From contig JBBRLY010000013.1 of NCBI GenBank assembly GCA_038231155.1, positions 132,305-196,304 on the forward strand: 64,000 bases of DNA, given 5' to 3'. The notes beneath the pieces are model-generated. The model worked only from the letters and a program-made list of their open reading frames with translations. It ran no database searches and had not been told where the DNA came from. The DNA comes from Candidatus Saccharimonadales bacterium (lineage in GTDB: Bacteria > Patescibacteriota > Saccharimonadia > Saccharimonadales > JANWIN01). Of this stretch, positions 1 through 8,525 are shown in pieces (position 1 is the first letter of the stretch; each line of letters begins with the position of its first letter). Both the position numbers and the translations under genes were made by a program.

Positions 1-2
1 TA

Positions 3-497
3 CTGCATCGATGGATGTTTAATGAACCAGAAAAGCATAGGACTGAAATAGATGCGTTGACTGGTGCAGGCGCTTATATAATGGGGAGCAATATGTTTGG
101 TCCAAAAGAAAAAAGAGATCAAGCAGATTGGAAAGGATGGTGGGGCAATAATCCACCTTATCATGCTCCAGTTTTTGTACTGACTGAAAATAATAGGGAC
201 CCTATTGTCATGGAAGGCGGGACTACATTCACATTTGTGACCGATGGAATTAAGTCGGCCTTTTCTATGGCAGTAAAAGCAGCTGGCAGCCGAAATATAT
301 CCATTGCTGGTGGTGCAAACACAGTTAACCAGTATTTATCGGCTGGGGTGATTGACGAGCTATGGCTACATATAGTTCCTGTGACTATTGGGAATGGAGC
401 ACGCCTTTTTGAAGGAGTGCCTAATCTTAAGTTAGAGCCGATCGAGGTGGGTGGGGACAAACTTGTCACTCATATTAGGTATAAGGTTTTAAAATAG
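3..497 (+). CDS. RibD C-terminal domain / dihydrofolate-reductase-family protein, N-terminus outside window
   Basis: The frame is open to the window edge. The C-terminal half shows the family pattern ISIAGGANTVNQYLSAGVIDELWLHIVPVTIGNGARLF. Confidence 0.55.
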   Translation: MHRWMFNEPEKHRTEIDALTGAGAYIMGSNMFGPKEKRDQADWKGWWGNNPPYHAPVFVLTENNRDPIVMEGGTTFTFVTDGIKSAFSMAVKAAGSRNISIAGGANTVNQYLSAGVIDELWLHIVPVTIGNGARLFEGVPNLKLEPIEVGGDKLVTHIRYKVLK

Positions 498-528
498 TGT
501 TTTACTAATCGATTTTATTAACATAAAT

Positions 529-1032
529 CTATTTTGATCTATCTAGGGACATTATGGCTCGCTGTTTACGGTACTCCTTCTGTGTGAGGTAAATAATCAG
601 CAGATCAAACAGCGTCAAGAGAATAAGGCCTAGTGATAGTGTATCTATTAATCGGTACACTTGGTAAATCACAAACCCAGCAGTAACAACAATCAAGGCC
701 ACGTATGCCCATAAATGCTTGCGCAAAACCTCAACTACTAGAACAACTTTTAAAATACCGTGAGATAGTAAGTATAAAGCTCCAAAAATAAGCGAAGCTG
801 TAGTCAGGTTATGCGCTGACTTAAGAATGTGATTAGCCAGAAAATCGTTAGGGTCAGTTGCTAATTCATTCTCGGTCAGTAACCGGGCTATATGATTTAG
901 TTGCTCGGGTCTAACAATCAGTAAAAAAATGCCACCAATCAGTTCTAATATTCCATCTGCACCTTTTAAATATAAACTTATTTTGAAAGCTTGATCTGTA
1001 ATGGGTGTATTTAGGTCTACTTTAGAAGCCAT
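529..1032 (-). CDS. Small polytopic membrane protein (DUF2127-like)
   Basis: About 4 hydrophobic helices. The LKGADGILELIGGIFLL segment resembles DUF2127 as I recall it. I prefer the start at MASKVD (ATG 1032) over the track start at 1050. Confidence 0.45.
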   Translation of the reverse strand: MASKVDLNTPITDQAFKISLYLKGADGILELIGGIFLLIVRPEQLNHIARLLTENELATDPNDFLANHILKSAHNLTTASLIFGALYLLSHGILKVVLVVEVLRKHLWAYVALIVVTAGFVIYQVYRLIDTLSLGLILLTLFDLLIIYLTQKEYRKQRAIMSLDRSK

Positions 1033-1113
1033 GTAATAATAGTAAACCAATTTTTATATAATCTTTGTATATTACACAATAGCCAAGATGCTTAAGTAAA
1101 TCTATACTTATGG

Positions 1114-2463
1114 GTGATGGCAGGGGAAGCAAATGAAAAATGTGCGGTTTCGGCATTTGTAGCAAATGAAGATACCTTGCATGCAGCTGGATTGATTCAC
1201 GAGACGCTTTTTTCGATGCAACACCGAGGTGCTGAAGCCACTGGAATCGCTAGTCAAATGCAAAATGGTAGCGTTGAAACGTTACGTGAGAGAGGTACAG
1301 TATCTAGTGTATACAATAATGTTAACCTAGCGCGTTTAGCTGGCTCAACAGCTATTGGCCACAATCGTTATTCAACTTCTGGCTCTAAATTAAAGCACCC
1401 GCAACCGTTTAAAGATACACCTACAGGTTTTGCTTACGCTCATAATGGTAATTTACCAGTTACAAAACAGCTTACACGATATCTTGATTTAAGTAATATA
1501 AACGTTGATCAATTTAATGATTCTGAGATGATGGGATTAGCAATTTCTCAATTTATTAGGAGCGGTCGAGACTTACCCGAGGCAGTTGAACTAGCCTATC
1601 CACTTTTCAGAGGTGCTTTTTCAAGTGTAGCAATGCACGACGGAATGGTTGTGGCTTTTAGAGACTCAAAAGGCATAAGACCGTTAGCAATCGGAGAATC
1701 TCAAGATGGGTTTGCGATAGCGTCAGAAACATGCGGATTAGACATTATTGATGCTGAATATTTACGAGAAGTAAAGCCTGGCGAAATTGCAATTATAACT
1801 AAAGGTAAAATCGAGTCAAAACAGGTTGTTGAGAGCGACCCTAAACTTGATATGTTTGAATTTGTATACTTTGCTCGACCAGATAGTCTCCTTTACGATC
1901 AACGTGTTGCTGATGTCAGACGAAGGTTTGGAGAACAACTTGCAGTTCAACATCCACCTGGCGATGAAAGCTCAGAGGATTTACTGGTTATACCGGTTCC
2001 AGAAACTTCAATTCCTGCGGCTGAAGCTTATGCCGAAAAGCTTGGTCTTTCACGACGAACAGACGCAATAATTAAAAATCGTTATGCTAGAAGAGCTTTT
2101 ATGCAGCCAGCTGCTCATGAACGCCGTGAGCATGTCAGAAGAAAGCATAATATTATACCTGAAGTGGTAAGAGGCAAACACTTGCTGTTCATAGATGACT
2201 CAATAGTACGCTTAGACACTATCCCTGTGTTAGCAGAACAAGCACATGCTGCTGGTGCAAAAAGTCTTTCTTTTTTGATAGCTTCAGCTCCTGTTCCCTT
2301 TCCCGACTACTACGGTATCGACACTCCCAAACAGAGCGAACTGGCAGCTGCAAACTTAACTATTGAAGAGATGCGCGAAAAAATAGATTGTAAGTACTTA
2401 GGGTTTTTGTCACTCGATCGAATGATTCAGGCAACCACTTTACCAGCTGAACAATTCAATTGA
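1114..2463 (+). CDS. purF: Amidophosphoribosyltransferase-like protein (PurF family), ends at an in-frame TGA; homology continues to 2550
   Basis: Ntn-amidotransferase Cys after a short propeptide (EKCAVSAF). Also HRGAEATGIA, GHNRYSTSG, the PRTase loop FIDDSIVRLDT and YYGIDTP. After TGA 2461-2463 the same frame reads SCFNGDYPIG, which is the conserved PurF C-terminal motif. Confidence 0.75.
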   Translation: MMAGEANEKCAVSAFVANEDTLHAAGLIHETLFSMQHRGAEATGIASQMQNGSVETLRERGTVSSVYNNVNLARLAGSTAIGHNRYSTSGSKLKHPQPFKDTPTGFAYAHNGNLPVTKQLTRYLDLSNINVDQFNDSEMMGLAISQFIRSGRDLPEAVELAYPLFRGAFSSVAMHDGMVVAFRDSKGIRPLAIGESQDGFAIASETCGLDIIDAEYLREVKPGEIAIITKGKIESKQVVESDPKLDMFEFVYFARPDSLLYDQRVADVRRRFGEQLAVQHPPGDESSEDLLVIPVPETSIPAAEAYAEKLGLSRRTDAIIKNRYARRAFMQPAAHERREHVRRKHNIIPEVVRGKHLLFIDDSIVRLDTIPVLAEQAHAAGAKSLSFLIASAPVPFPDYYGIDTPKQSELAAANLTIEEMREKIDCKYLGFLSLDRMIQATTLPAEQFN

Positions 2464-2581
2464 TCTTGTTTCAATGGTGATTACCCAATAGGTATAGGTC
2501 ATCTCAAAGATGGAATTAAGACACCTGTAAGCATGGAATATGTCGATTAAGTATCGGCTGCAATATCAAGCTTATATAACT

Positions 2582-2657
2582 TGGAGCCGAGAACGGGATT
2601 CGAACCCGTGACCTCGTCATTACCACTGACGCGCTCTACCAACTGAGCTATCTCGGC
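2582..2657 (-). tRNA. tRNA-Thr (anticodon GGU), CCA encoded
   Basis: Hand-folded 76-nt cloverleaf. Acceptor GCCGAGA/TCTCGGC, D arm GCTC..GAGC, anticodon stem CGTCA/TGACG with loop GTGGTAA, T arm ACGGG-TTCGAAT-CCCGT, discriminator T plus CCA. Confidence 0.9.
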
Positions 2658-3232
2658 AGCATCGCTAAGAGTATATCGCGTAATTTCTTATTATGATAAT
2701 AGATTGTAACTACGCCATAAGGACTCTTTTTACGGTACGTGCCTAAAGATCCAGATATAGTAACTGTAATCTTATAAAATTGCGAGGCACTTACGTTAAG
2801 TTTAGTCAACCAGTAATTAAGTACATTTTCAGAATCAACATCTGAATAAATCTGGAGTCCAAATCGCAAATCTTTTTTCTTTACTCCAAATAACTTGATT
2901 AGAAACTTAATAAACATTCTTATAAGTGCGGGATCTGTATTTCCCAACCTTACTGAATGTTTATTGGCTTTGTTACCCTCCCCCCAATATAAACCTAATC
3001 CGATACCTAGTAATTTAAAATCTGCATTACTTTTTGGCACTTTAACTTTAAACGGGTCACCATATGGATTATGCCTACGATAAATTGCATCGCTAATGGA
3101 TCTTCTATCTATTCGATACCTATCCATCCAATAAGCAACTTTATTTACAGAACAGTTCAAAATAGCGGCTATCTCTTGCATCGATTTACCGTTTTTAATG
3201 TATAGTTTTTCTAAGAGTTTTTTATCAATCAT
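2648..3232 (-). CDS. HTH + LAGLIDADG-like (homing-endonuclease-like) protein
   Basis: N-terminal HTH (GKSMQEIAAILNCSVNKVAYWMDRY). A single LAGLIDADG-type motif LLGIGLGLYWGEGNK is followed by the typical VRLGNTD..LI..F...L alternation. The last 10 nt, including the stop, lie inside the 5' acceptor stem of tRNA-Thr. Confidence 0.5.
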   Translation of the reverse strand: MIDKKLLEKLYIKNGKSMQEIAAILNCSVNKVAYWMDRYRIDRRSISDAIYRRHNPYGDPFKVKVPKSNADFKLLGIGLGLYWGEGNKANKHSVRLGNTDPALIRMFIKFLIKLFGVKKKDLRFGLQIYSDVDSENVLNYWLTKLNVSASQFYKITVTISGSLGTYRKKSPYGVVTIYYHNKKLRDILLAMLPR

Positions 3233-3357
3233 AGTGGTAAAGTACTTAGCCAGACAGGTGGCAGTATACCATCAATCTGAAAATAATGGTTGTTGTTAAC
3301 TTCCATTTTATTGTCTATCTTGAATAATTACCTCCGATCTGTTAAAGTAATCTTATT

Positions 3358-3558
3358 ATGGCTAAAAAAGGCGACAAACGTAAGATTATTGGCTTAGTTA
3401 GCGAAGTTAGTGGTCACCGACATTATTACACCAAGAAAAACACTATGAATACTCCAGATAAGTTGCGATTAAAAAAATACGATCCTATTGTTCGAAAACA
3501 TGTTTGGTATAGCGAGACCAAAAAAAGTTTAGGCCGAAACGAAGTTAAGCCGCGCTAG
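3358..3558 (+). CDS. rpmG: 50S ribosomal protein L33
   Basis: Matches the L33 pattern: KRKIIGLVSEVSGHRHYYTKKNTMNTPDKLRLKKYDPIVRKHVWYSETK. It carries a short basic C-terminal tail. Confidence 0.85.
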   Translation: MAKKGDKRKIIGLVSEVSGHRHYYTKKNTMNTPDKLRLKKYDPIVRKHVWYSETKKSLGRNEVKPR

Positions 3559-4751
3559 ACAAGTCGTCTAATTGCTATTTCTAAAGCCGCTTCTTTTAAG
3601 CTTAATTTTTGTTTATGGGCAGAATTAATAACGTCCTTTACGGCTTTAGTCATATATTTGTTTAATTGTTTATTAACATCAGATTCACTTAACTGAATCG
3701 TGTCTAGGTTTTGCTTCCATTCTAAATAGCTAACTATTACACCGCCAGCATTGGCAATAATGTCCGGTAATACTACTACAGCTTTACTGTTAAGAAATTC
3801 TTCGACTGAATCACTTATTGGTCCATTTGCTAGTTCAACAATAGTTTTGGCTTTAACCGAGCGGTAGTTTTTTTCATTAATAGCGTCCTCTAAAGCGGCC
3901 AGGACTAACACATCAACCTTCATGGTCAACAACTCTTCATTACTAATCTTTTTAGCTTTGCGTACTTCGCTTAGCTGTTTGCCACTTTTTTTAGCATTTA
4001 ATAACTGGCTGGCATTTAGACCGGCTGGATCATATAAACCACCTTTAGAATCTGTCACTGCGATTAGTTTCCAGTTTGGGTGTTCAGTTTCAGCAACTGT
4101 ACCAAAATAAGCACCGACATTACCAAAACCTTGAATAGCAATAGTAATTTTACTTTTTGATTTTTTGAGAGATTTAAGAAGTTGCTGCAAGGCAATTACT
4201 CCTCCTCGTCCAGTGGCTTGATCCCGCCCCAAACTTCCACCACGTGCAATAGATTTGCCGGTAAAAGCCGCTTTTGTACTATTCCCAGTTTGTTTTTGAT
4301 ACTCATCAAGCATCCAGTCCATAATCTGACTGTTTGTGTTTACATCGGGTGCCGGTATATCTTTATCGGGCCCAATATGGGGATACAATTGGGCCACGTA
4401 TTTGCGGCTTAACTCTTCTAATTCTTCTATATTTAAAAGTTTGGGATTGACTGCAACTCCACCTTTAGCACCACCTAGTGGTAATCCAACGGCAGCCGTT
4501 TTTAAACTCATGAGTGTTGCTAATGTCTTAACTTCATCCAAATTAACATAAGGGTGAAACCGAATACCACCCTTATAAGGGCCTCGCTTGTTATTGTGCT
4601 GGACGCGGTAAGCCTGAAACTTTTTACCATTATTTAGTTCCAGTTCAAAATTATGTTCAGTATCGAATTTTAAAAACTGCTGTATGTCTGTCTTGCTAAT
4701 TCCAAGCCGTTGACCAGCTTTTATAACCCGTTTTTCTGCTTCTTTTTGCAT
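3555..4751 (-). CDS. Glu/Leu/Phe/Val dehydrogenase family protein (probably glutamate dehydrogenase)
   Basis: Motifs KGGIRFHP and PLGGAKGGV, plus the Rossmann motif GFGNVG. Confidence 0.85.
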   Translation of the reverse strand: MQKEAEKRVIKAGQRLGISKTDIQQFLKFDTEHNFELELNNGKKFQAYRVQHNNKRGPYKGGIRFHPYVNLDEVKTLATLMSLKTAAVGLPLGGAKGGVAVNPKLLNIEELEELSRKYVAQLYPHIGPDKDIPAPDVNTNSQIMDWMLDEYQKQTGNSTKAAFTGKSIARGGSLGRDQATGRGGVIALQQLLKSLKKSKSKITIAIQGFGNVGAYFGTVAETEHPNWKLIAVTDSKGGLYDPAGLNASQLLNAKKSGKQLSEVRKAKKISNEELLTMKVDVLVLAALEDAINEKNYRSVKAKTIVELANGPISDSVEEFLNSKAVVVLPDIIANAGGVIVSYLEWKQNLDTIQLSESDVNKQLNKYMTKAVKDVINSAHKQKLSLKEAALEIAIRRLV

Positions 4752-4779
4752 AGTGATTTTCTTAAGCTACTCTATATAT

Positions 4780-4854
4780 TGGCAGGGGCACGTGGAATTG
4801 AACCACGATCTAAGGTTTTGGAGACCTTTATACTTACCGTTGTACTATGCCCCT
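4780..4854 (-). tRNA. tRNA-Trp (anticodon CCA), CCA encoded
   Basis: Hand-folded 75-nt cloverleaf. Acceptor AGGGGCA/TGCCCCT, anticodon stem AAGGT/ACCTT with loop CTCCAAA, T arm CGTGG-TTCAATT-CCACG. It lies 28 nt upstream of the dehydrogenase start on the same strand. Confidence 0.9.
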
Positions 4855-4953
4855 GTATGAAGTCCGTCTGTAATGATAATTGATTTAGCGATCCTTGTCA
4901 TCTGATGATTATTCTTTCCAAGATAGACCAAATCTGATATACAATATTAGTAC

Positions 4954-5610
4954 GTGGATAAATTAATCCTTAATAAACCACTACTAATAATGTTGTACGG
5001 CTTTCCTGGAGCCGGTAAGACTTACTTTGCGCGTCAACTTAGTGAAAAGATTGGTGCTGTACATTTACACAGCGATCGTTTTCGAAATGAATTATTTGAA
5101 CATCCACGCTTTGACAATCAAGAAGACGATATAATTGATCATTTAATGCAGTTTATGGCAGCTGAATTTTTAAATGCCGGAGTAAGTATTATTTATGATG
5201 GTAATGCTAAACGACTAATTAATCGTAGGGCACTTCGCGATTTAGCGCGTAAATCAGGTGCTAAACAGCAGTTAATATGGTTACAAATTGACCCGGAAAG
5301 CGCTATGAGCCGGTTAAATAGCCGTGATAAGCGTACCAACGACGACAAGTATGCAGTGGATTATTCCAAAAGTAGTTTTGATGACCATGCCTCCATGATG
5401 CAAAATCCTAACAATGAAGACTATATGGTAATTAGCGGTAAACACACCTTTAAAACTCAACAAGGCGCCGTCATTAAAAAACTTTATGATATGAGTTTAA
5501 TTAATTCATCAGCTACAGCTAAAATTATTAAGCCAGGGCTGGTTAACTTAATTCCGACACCTCGGGCTGGACGAGTGGATTTATCCCGGCGTAATATTGT
5601 TATCCGTTAA
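4954..5610 (+). CDS. P-loop kinase-like ATPase (AAA_33/zeta-toxin-like fold)
   Basis: Walker A motif GFPGAGKTYFARQL near the N-terminus; small-kinase size; GTG start. Confidence 0.5.
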   Translation: MDKLILNKPLLIMLYGFPGAGKTYFARQLSEKIGAVHLHSDRFRNELFEHPRFDNQEDDIIDHLMQFMAAEFLNAGVSIIYDGNAKRLINRRALRDLARKSGAKQQLIWLQIDPESAMSRLNSRDKRTNDDKYAVDYSKSSFDDHASMMQNPNNEDYMVISGKHTFKTQQGAVIKKLYDMSLINSSATAKIIKPGLVNLIPTPRAGRVDLSRRNIVIR

Positions 5611-5612
5611 TA

Positions 5613-6308
5613 ATGCCAGTTAAACAATTAGACGTTCCAAACATTGGTCTGGTAAAGTTTTATAAACGACGAAATGCTCGGTCTATAAAAATTAGTTTAG
5701 GTAGAGGCGATGAAGTACGCGTTAGTTTACCGATGTGGGTACCTTATCGAGCGGGACTCGAATTTTTAAAATCACATGCCAGTTGGATTGAGGAACATAG
5801 ACAACCAAAGACAGCGCTTATTGAAGGTGCTCGAATTGGGAAATATCACCAACTGACCTTCATATCGATAGATGGAAAAACAAACATCTCAACTAGAGTT
5901 ACGGGCAGTCGAATCGTGGTACGTCACCCTAGTTCTATTAGCTCCAGACAGTTGAGCGTCCAGACAGCTGCTCATAAAGCAAGCTTAACAGCATTAAGGC
6001 TGGAAGCCGATAATTTATTACCCCAACGCTTAGATCAGTTAGCCAGTCGATATAGTTTTAAATATAGATCCGTAAAAGTTCGTAATCTTAGGTCCAGGTG
6101 GGGCAGTTGTAGTCAACAAAAAAACATTGGGTTGAATATTTATTTAATGTTGCTTCCTTGGCCACTCATCGACTACGTACTTCTACACGAGTTAACGCAC
6201 ACTAAATTCTTAAGTCATAGTCAGGAATTTTGGGATCACTTGCAAAGTTGTTTACCCAATGCTAAGCAGCTAAGAAAAGAATTACGGGCCTTCCATCCGG
6301 TTATTTAG
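5613..6308 (+). CDS. YgjP-like metal-dependent hydrolase (DUF45 / M48-like)
   Basis: C-terminal HELTHTKFLSHSQEFW zinc-hydrolase motif and the WGSCS segment typical of the family. Confidence 0.7.
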   Translation: MPVKQLDVPNIGLVKFYKRRNARSIKISLGRGDEVRVSLPMWVPYRAGLEFLKSHASWIEEHRQPKTALIEGARIGKYHQLTFISIDGKTNISTRVTGSRIVVRHPSSISSRQLSVQTAAHKASLTALRLEADNLLPQRLDQLASRYSFKYRSVKVRNLRSRWGSCSQQKNIGLNIYLMLLPWPLIDYVLLHELTHTKFLSHSQEFWDHLQSCLPNAKQLRKELRAFHPVI

Positions 6309-6343
6309 TATTACTAATAAAATGCTTATGGCATAATTACTAT

Positions 6344-7453
6344 ATGACTGAAGTGGTTAATTTGTCTGATGACGCAAATTTGGAGCATAACCGACTAGTT
6401 AGCTTAGTTAACAGCATGGGCGATGGTGTAATTGCCATTGATGATCGCTTTAATGTCGTAATTTATAACGGAGCAGCGCTAAATATTCTGGATATTAACG
6501 CCACAATAGTAAACAAACCAATAGCCGACGTTCTACATTTAGTTGATAAAAAAAATCAGCCAATAGATACGCTAGATTTTATAAAATCTATAAAAACAGC
6601 CTATTCAACTAGAGATTTAGCGATCCCCTATACCGATGGCAGCATCGTAAAACTATATTTAAGTCTGTCGCCAGTTCATTTAGGCTTTGGTCAAGCCGGG
6701 ACAAAAGGTTATGTCCTATTGCTCAGAGATATTACTCGCGAAAAATCTCTCGAAGAAGAAAGGGATGAGTTTATAAGCGTGGCAAGCCACGAACTTCGAA
6801 CTCCGATCGCTATCGCCGAAGGGAATATTAGCAATGCCCGTTTAACGCTAAAGCGTGGTGGTGACCCAAGTGCTCTTGATCATGCCTTAGCTCAAGCTTA
6901 TGATCAAATTATATTCTTAGCTAGTTTAATCAATGATCTATCGACCTTATCTCGTGCTGAAGGTGGACGGTTAAAACTAGATGTCGGTGAAGTTAATGCG
7001 TATAATCTAGTAGATGAACTGGCGGCTAGCTATCGACCCCAGGCTGAAGCTAAACAACTACAACTTTTAACAGATATCGATACCCGACTGGAAATATTTC
7101 ATTCTAGCGAGCTATACGTAAAGGAAATCCTGCAAAACTTTGTAACTAACGCAATTAAATACACTCAAAAAGGCCAAATTACAATTGGCGCCAGAACAAT
7201 ACAGAAAAAAGTGCAGTTCTGGGTGCAAGACACTGGTATTGGCATTAGTAAATCCGATCAAGAAAAGGTATTTAATAAGTTTTTTAGATCAGAGGATTAT
7301 AGAACTAAGGAAAATAAGGGTACGGGCCTTGGCTTATATGTGACGGTAAAACTAGCTCATCTATTAAATGGTCAAATTTCGATGAGCAGCGAACTAAATA
7401 AAGGCTCTAAATTTAGCTTATTAGTGCCCGATTTGCCAGACAACCAAACTTGA
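6344..7453 (+). CDS. Cytoplasmic PAS-domain sensor histidine kinase (no cognate response regulator adjacent)
   Basis: H-box SHELRTPI, N-box NAIKYT, G-boxes DTGIGI and GTGLGL. No transmembrane segment. An N-terminal PAS-like region is present. Confidence 0.8.
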   Translation: MTEVVNLSDDANLEHNRLVSLVNSMGDGVIAIDDRFNVVIYNGAALNILDINATIVNKPIADVLHLVDKKNQPIDTLDFIKSIKTAYSTRDLAIPYTDGSIVKLYLSLSPVHLGFGQAGTKGYVLLLRDITREKSLEEERDEFISVASHELRTPIAIAEGNISNARLTLKRGGDPSALDHALAQAYDQIIFLASLINDLSTLSRAEGGRLKLDVGEVNAYNLVDELAASYRPQAEAKQLQLLTDIDTRLEIFHSSELYVKEILQNFVTNAIKYTQKGQITIGARTIQKKVQFWVQDTGIGISKSDQEKVFNKFFRSEDYRTKENKGTGLGLYVTVKLAHLLNGQISMSSELNKGSKFSLLVPDLPDNQT

Positions 7454-7529
7454 AAAATAAAATAATGGCAGCTGGGACATTACCGAACATTGACCTCCGG
7501 GAAGATATACTGTATATTGACAGCTGGAC

Positions 7530-7554
7530 ACCTACTTTTATAAGTAGGTTTTTT
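7530..7554 (+). terminator. Intrinsic-terminator-like hairpin between the kinase gene and secE
   Basis: ACCTACTT-TTAT-AAGTAGGT (8 bp) followed by TTTTT. Note that a TTGACC-17-TATATT promoter-like pair (7490-7518) sits just upstream of it. Confidence 0.5.
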
Positions 7555-7568
7555 AATTAGAGTGAGCG

Positions 7569-7973
7569 ATGGCAGACAAATCCAATAAATCAAAGCGTCG
7601 ATTGCGACCGGCACCAAGTGTTCGCCAGGCAACCGAGGAGAAAAACTCGGCTCCGGCTAAGCCTAAACGAATTCGTCGCATTGCTGTTGCTGGCAGTAAA
7701 CCATTTAAATCGGCCCGAAACGTTGGTAAAAAAGAGTATTACTTACCATTTCCAGATAATAAGTTAGGTCGGTTTTTTAATAAACGACGGTACTTTATAC
7801 CGAAGTACTTTCGCAACTCATTCAGTGAGCTTAGGCAAGTTAAGTGGCCAGATCGCAAGCAGACGACTCAATTAACTTTAGCTGTTTTTGTGTTTGCTCT
7901 CATATTCGGTGTAATTATCACGATCACCGATTCCATACTAGATATAATTTTTAAGAAAGTTTTATTAAAATAG
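7569..7973 (+). CDS. secE: Preprotein translocase subunit SecE with long basic N-terminal extension
   Basis: The C-terminal ELRQVKWPDRKQTTQLTLAVFVFALIFGVII is the SecE core TM. It sits immediately upstream of nusG. Confidence 0.8.
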   Translation: MADKSNKSKRRLRPAPSVRQATEEKNSAPAKPKRIRRIAVAGSKPFKSARNVGKKEYYLPFPDNKLGRFFNKRRYFIPKYFRNSFSELRQVKWPDRKQTTQLTLAVFVFALIFGVIITITDSILDIIFKKVLLK

Positions 7974-7982
7974 GACAAATCT

Positions 7983-8525
7983 ATGACTAGACGATATGAC
8001 ATTTCTAAACAATGGTACGCCATTCATACATACAGCGGTTACGAAGAAAAAGTTGCTGAGAGTATTCGCCAGCGAGCTGATAGCCTGGACATGAAAGACA
8101 AGATATTTCAGGTATTAGTCCCAAAAGAAAAAATGATAGAAATTAAAAATGGTAAACGTAAGGTCGTCGAAAAACGTATATTCCAAGGCTACGTTTTAGT
8201 CCAAATGAAATTAAGTGAGGATGCTTGGTATATTGTGCGTAACACCCCTAGCGTAACAGGATTTGTGGGAAGCGGTACTGAGCCCACACCGGTTAGTCAA
8301 GATGAAATGGAAAAAATAAACAAACGTATGGGTCTAGAGCAACCTAAGCATAAAATAGACTTTAAAGAAGGTGAAGTAGTGAGCATAACCGATGGTCCAT
8401 TTAAAGGATTTGATGGTTCTATTTCAGAAATTGATGCTCAAAAAGGTAAGCTTAAAGTACTTGTTAATATGTTTGGCCGCGAAACACCAGTTGAGCTTGA
8501 CAGTTTACAGGTAAAAAGAGTTTAG
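7983..8525 (+). CDS. nusG: Transcription termination/antitermination factor NusG
   Basis: NGN domain (WYAIHTYSGYEEKV), KOW domain (GEVVSITDGPFKGFDGSI), and secE-nusG-rplK synteny. Confidence 0.9.
   Translation: MTRRYDISKQWYAIHTYSGYEEKVAESIRQRADSLDMKDKIFQVLVPKEKMIEIKNGKRKVVEKRIFQGYVLVQMKLSEDAWYIVRNTPSVTGFVGSGTEPTPVSQDEMEKINKRMGLEQPKHKIDFKEGEVVSITDGPFKGFDGSISEIDAQKGKLKVLVNMFGRETPVELDSLQVKRV

Noticed and set aside
161-469. Antisense or nested ORFs listed in the six-frame track. Examples: 161-469(-), 1826-2071(+), 2895-3083(+), 3922-4551(+), 8591-8962(-), 9475-9681(+), 12424-12645(-), 13473-13847(-), 15944-16141(-), 19041-19232(-), 20692-20931(+), 21388-21651(-), 22337-22865(-), 26872-27069(+), 28792-29046(+), 31921-32130(+), 33310-33543(-), 35483-35719(+), 38713-40143(+), 42809-42997(+), 48869-49051(-), 51464-51715(-), 52792-52974(-), 53968-54207(-), 55452-55673(-), 56141-56383(-), 57622-57861(+).
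   Set aside because: Each lies wholly inside, or largely overlaps, a longer ORF with clear family motifs on the other strand or frame. Their compositions (Ser/Leu/Cys/Arg-rich, no motifs, no RBS) are typical of shadow ORFs.
2461-2463. Genome-wide TGA reassignment (code 4 or 25) as the explanation for the purF in-frame TGA.
   Set aside because: TGA terminates many well-supported genes exactly where homologues end. Examples are the histidine kinase at 7451-7453, dcd at 11905-11907, recR at 23074-23076, and cyoA, cyoB and cyoC. The window therefore uses TGA as a stop, and the purF case must be local.
2464-2520. Selenocysteine insertion at the purF TGA.
   Set aside because: I could not see a convincing stem-loop immediately downstream of the TGA that would serve as a bacterial SECIS. 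No sel genes are in the window. This is kept only as a low-probability alternative in the finding.
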